Positions 54,585 through 64,000 of a DNA stretch of 64,000 bases are shown here, one piece after another. This DNA comes from Paramecium tetraurelia (taxonomy: Eukaryota). Position numbers and translations under genes: made by a program. Position 1 is the first letter of the stretch, and every line of letters starts with the position of its first letter. The notes under the pieces are model-generated. The model was not told the origin of the DNA, searched no databases, and was given only the letters and a program-made list of their open reading frames with translations. The stretch covers positions 62,001-126,000 of the forward strand of contig CT868665.1 in NCBI GenBank assembly GCA_000165425.1. The letters are read 5' to 3'.

Positions 54585-56333
54585 TCATTGTTTTTCAACT
54601 GATTAAGGTATTAAAAAGAATTCTGTATCCTATATTTATAGACATTGCTTTTTTAGTGGAGTTATTATATTTTCTAAAGCTTAGATTATTTAATTGTTTT
54701 TGTTTTGCAAATATTTACATTCGCTTAATTGCTTGGCATTTTGATTAGTTTTTGTATCAAATTCAAATATTGGAGTAACATCTGATAATATTATGGCTTT
54801 GTAGCTTTGAAATAACTCAAAATTAGTATGATCACAAATTAATGTAAATGGTTCTTCATTTTAGACGAAAGATTATTTTTAGTCGAACTCAATAAATTCT
54901 TATAAAGACTCTGAGAATGTCATATCGACAGACCTTTCTTCAGAATACACATCTTCTGCAACTTCTTCTTCTGAATCTAATTCGTATTCAATGAATGAAT
55001 ATTGACAGAAAGGTTATCTTGGATTGACTTACTTATACCCAATTAGCTTGCCATTGTAGTATCTACATGAATCAAAAACATCAAAATAGACCTTTCGTTT
55101 ATTAATTTGTAGATGTTTTTTGGGTTTATTATTAGTATCATCGTTGAACAATTAGTGTGATAATTCAGAGAAATCCTAAATAATATTTGAATCTAAACGA
55201 GAGATTTTCTTTTCAAATTCTAATTATCTATCTTGATCCCATTTTGATGAAGGTTCTTAGCTCGACTTTTTGAAATTGTTTTTGGTTGATTTTCTCATAA
55301 ACTTTTGTAGATTATCATTTTTAATTTTAATTTTAGTAGATTCCTTATTTTCCCTTTTTGATTTGATCAAATGATCATCTTTAGCCATTTTGTTGATTTC
55401 TACTATATGATAACAAGATTACTTTTTGTACTTTAATCTTAATTTTTGGACTAATCATTTATTGGTTTAGCAAAGGAAACTTTATTAAAGGTCTATGCTG
55501 ATTCATCTGTAATGAGATCTTCAGAAATGTACTTTTCAATGAAATCTTCATTTACGGATGTGGTAAATGGGAATTGTAAGGATGCTTTGATATTGATATA
55601 CTTTAGAAAAGCATCTTCAATTCTTGCAATATTCAAGGATTCAAGAGAATCTAAAATTTCAGCAATAGAATGAATAATCTAATAAATTTGTTGTCTCATT
55701 TTTCTGACAGCTATAAATGTTTCAACTTATTCATGATCTCTTAAATCTGAAATATTTTTGATTTCATAGTATCCACTTAATTCTGTTGAGTTGAATGTGA
55801 GATTATTTGGCAATGGTTGAACATGATTGATATTAAGCAATTTAAGGAAGAGGGCATAATTGAATTCTTGTTCATAGGTTAATTGTGAATAATCTAACCT
55901 TTTAATTTGAGCAAAAGTAATAGTATCGGTTGTCTTTTTAATTAAGCCAAGCATATGTTCTAATTCTATTTGTTATTTGGAGTTTAGATATTCAGCGATG
56001 AAGTTCTTACAGGAGTGAGCTAGTTTGCAACGATGATAGGATAATGGTTGTCCCTCTAATTTAATAGAAATGAGTCTTTGGAGTTATGGAATATCTAATA
56101 GGCCATTATTGATAGAGTCAATAAGTGTTTGGTTGGGACTTATAGAAAGAACTGGTAGGCCCATTTTGACCAGGCGATTGAATAGAGATTCATAAAATGG
56201 TTTTCTGGATAGTAGGGCTTCAAGAATTTCTTTTTCTGGAGTTACCTATTCTAATTGTATAATGGATTGCTTATTTACATGGAGGGATTGGTTTGTTAAT
56301 GTAGTGGTTGGGGGAGGGCATTTGAACAGACAT
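54585..56333 (-). CDS. Putative chromatin assembly factor 1 large subunit (p150/Cac1-like)
   Basis: RKVYFDVFDSCRYYNGKLIGYKQVNPRQPFCQYSFIEYELDSEEEVAED..EFIEFD, preceded by a K/E-rich segment; ATG 56333, TGA 54585-54587. Confidence 0.5.
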
Positions 56334-56547
56334 AATAATAATTAGTAATAAATTAGCCCAAAATATTTGTGTGATAATTTTGATTAACAGAGAGCAAGAC
56401 TCTAATTTATACATAAATTAGGATGGGGGTAGATTTGATAATTTTGATGAAATTTATGCCATTCTGTAATATAGTGAGAGGATAGTGTGTTTGAATAGTA
56501 ATAGGTATTTGAATATGTCTTATAGTAATATAATTAATCAATTTATC

Positions 56548-59880
<3,333 letters not shown>

Positions 59881-59890
59881 AAATTTATCT

Positions 59891-61194
<1,304 letters not shown>

Positions 61195-61266
61195 GCATAT
61201 ATTTTCTATATTTATACTATTCTTTTTGTGCCAAATATTATATAATTAAAATTATTAACAACAATT

Positions 61267-63327
61267 ATGGCACCAAAGAAGAAAGCATCAAAAAAAGAAA
61301 CTTAACCAAGTATCATTTTATCCTAATTCTATAAGCCAAAAAATAACCAGCCAAAATAGAGAAAGTTCAACCTGCTCCCATACCTCCTAGTGTGGTCTAG
61401 AATAAACCAAAGAACATTAAGCCGGACTTCTATTTTGTGATTCCTCAAGATGAAGAAGAGCATTATAGAAGGGAAGTGTACCAAAGAAGAGAAAACAAGA
61501 ATAAAAGTTGCATAGATATGAATGAAATTAGACAGTACAATTATAATTAAAAGGAGGGATAATTTCGCGCCTCAAGAGATTCCTGTTATTAATAAGGTAT
61601 CTTAAAAAATTGTGATTGAGTAAGAATGTACCAATGATTCCTCCCAGTTATTTACACTAAATCAGTCGGAGTTGCCTACTAGTGCCTCAAGACAATTAAA
61701 TAAACCTAAGATATTATCCATCAAACCAAAGAAGCTTACTATGACTGTTAAACCTTCAGATGATGCCATGGACATGGAAGATGATTGGTACTAAGAACTT
61801 AACAAGGATATCAATCATACTAAGCATTTCCTACTAGGAGTTCCAAAATAATAATCATCTCACAATGAGAAATCATTGACAACAGAAAGGAATTCAATGA
61901 CCAAAAACACCAAGAAAATGGATCTTGATTTACAGATTGAACCCACTCAAACTTAAACAACTGTTAAATTGACTAAAGTTATGAAAACTAAATTAGATTC
62001 CATGAATGAATGCTACAACTCACTACTAGAAGCCACAATTCCAGAAGAAATCTTATGTCGAGATTATGAAAAGGACTTGATCACTAAGTTTATCGAAGAT
62101 GGCATCAAGAGCAATGGCTAATCTTAAGCCTTATGTAATATTCATATTTATTAATCCTAGATATATCTGGAGTTCCAGGAATTGGTAAGACTGCAACTGT
62201 TATGGAAGCCTAAAAGAAGTTATCGAGCAAAAAAGATAACTTCTAATTTATCTATGCTAATGCAATGAATTTTGGATTGCCAGACAATATTTACTCGTAT
62301 TTACTAGAAAAAATCACTACTATAAAGGATGCTTCTAAGGCCTAAGCATGCATCTTACTAAGTATTATATGCTTATTATACAATTAGCTGAACTATTCAC
62401 CAAGGGTTCTTTACCTGCAACATACAAAGCTTATGATAAATCAGTGATCAAAAAGAATAGGGTTATTCTATTAGATGAATGTGATAATCTATTTACTCCT
62501 GATTAATAAGTATTGTATAATTTGGTGGACTGGCCGTAACAAAAGCATGCAAAACTTACGATAATTATGATTGCAAATACTATGGACTTCCCAGAGAGAC
62601 TCAAACCAAAACTATAATCAAGACTTGGAAATCATAGAGTAGTGTTTAGACCATACACTAGTGCTCAAATAGAAACCATATTGCAATAAAGAATGAAGGA
62701 TAAGAAAATCAAAGAATTGTTTGCCTCCAACACTCTAAATTATCTTGGTAAGAAGATAGCAACAATCTCAACTGACATCAGAAAGACATTGTGTGTTTGC
62801 AGAAAGGCTATAGAAATTGGAAGGGAGGAACTTCAGAGAACTGGGTAATTCAAATAAATTGAAGTCAATCATGTCAAATTAGCTTATGATAGAATTTATA
62901 ACAAGGCCTATCATGCATGCTTAAATTCATTCAGTAAATCCCTGAAGTTGTTGTTAATTACTACTGCTTTAGAAATACACATCAAAGGTTACAATGTAGC
63001 TAACCTTCAATAAGTCCTTCAGAGATATAATCAATATTTGATATAAAACAAAGATGATCCAATTGGATATTAAGAGATGAAATAGATCCTCATGAAATTG
63101 AGTGAGTTAAATTTAGTTGAAATAAAAGAATAAAATATTCTGTTGACCAAAACTTCTTGGTAATAGAAAGTGAATGTAAAAAATCAATATTATTTTAGGA
63201 TTCACTCCAAAAGGATAATTTGAGAAATATTAATGATGTAATAATTCATTTGAAAATCAACGTTGACGATATCAAGAATGGTCTCTCAAATGACACATTA
63301 TTTTAATAGTTTTCTTAGTTTTTCTGA
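61267..63327 (+). CDS. ORC1: Origin recognition complex subunit 1 (ORC1/CDC6 AAA+ ATPase)
   Basis: ILCRDYE, YISGVPGIGKT (Walker A), ILLDECD (Walker B), QQVLYNLVDWP, IANTMDFPER, SRLG..FRPYT, DIRK; TGA 63325-63327. Confidence 0.88.
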
Positions 63328-64000
63328 TTTATTTAGAATTTATATTATATTATTTATATTTTATTATAATAAAACTTGTGCGATTAATTTACATTTTAAT
63401 TTAAGTTGTTAATATATTTGTTTATATCTAATACCCAATAAATTGAATAGTAAATAGAAGAAGGAATCATTCACTAATTGTTCTTATTTTGTATGACTCT
63501 TTCAATAAATGAATCTTATAATTTACAATTAAATTTATTAGTTTGCAATTAGAATTCCACTTAATATTATATACTCTTAGTACTTTTAGTATTCTTATAA
63601 AAAAGATATTGTAATTATTGCAATTAAATTAATTACATAGATATATCAAAATTAATATATTTATTTAGTTGTATTTAGATTTATTTCTGGATAATTGTTG
63701 GTGTAATTATTTCAGAGAATAACAATTAATTGTTGATTGATGCGGTGATTTACTTATAAAAATGCTATTTTAATTAAGAAGGAGTGGAATTCAAATAGTA
63801 AGTTTTTAAAATATTTAGAATTAGGATGGAATGGTCGACTATTTTTTTGATTTGATTTAGATTGAATTTATATTTAATACTTTAATATGCATAGAAATAA
63901 TTAAATGTCATATTCTTATTTATATTTGTAAATCAAAACAATTTGATCAATGAAGAGAAATTAAAGAAATATCAGTTGAAGTTAGATTGAGTTGTAAAGA

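Overview
AT-rich, gene-dense ciliate macronuclear DNA, most likely Paramecium. TAA/TAG read as Gln, TGA is the only stop, and GT..AG introns are about 21-30 nt, so the supplied standard-code ORF track only shows fragments. I re-translated by eye with the ciliate code and resolved about 28 protein-coding genes. These include an RRM protein, R1R2R3 and SHAQKY-type Mybs, HAS1/DDX18, a DUF922-like HExxH protein, an FCP/SCP phosphatase, MOK, CAMK and NEK kinases, an EF-hand protein, a degenerate Hsp70, two tandem giant Cys-rich membrane proteins, a TALE homeobox protein, a USP, TTLL1 and ORC1. There is one 150-N assembly gap. Highlights: (1) a NEK6/7-type kinase fused in frame to an apparently full-length IFT57-like domain; (2) two tandem giant surface-protein genes with divergent ectodomains but a near-identical ~2.1-kb C-terminal membrane block, introns included; (3) a secreted 8-Cys prepropeptide; (4) a bacterial-type DUF922 metallopeptidase-like gene with introns; (5) an Hsp70 lacking catalytic residues. 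Family calls come from motif recognition, not database searches, and gene ends may be off where intron choice is ambiguous.
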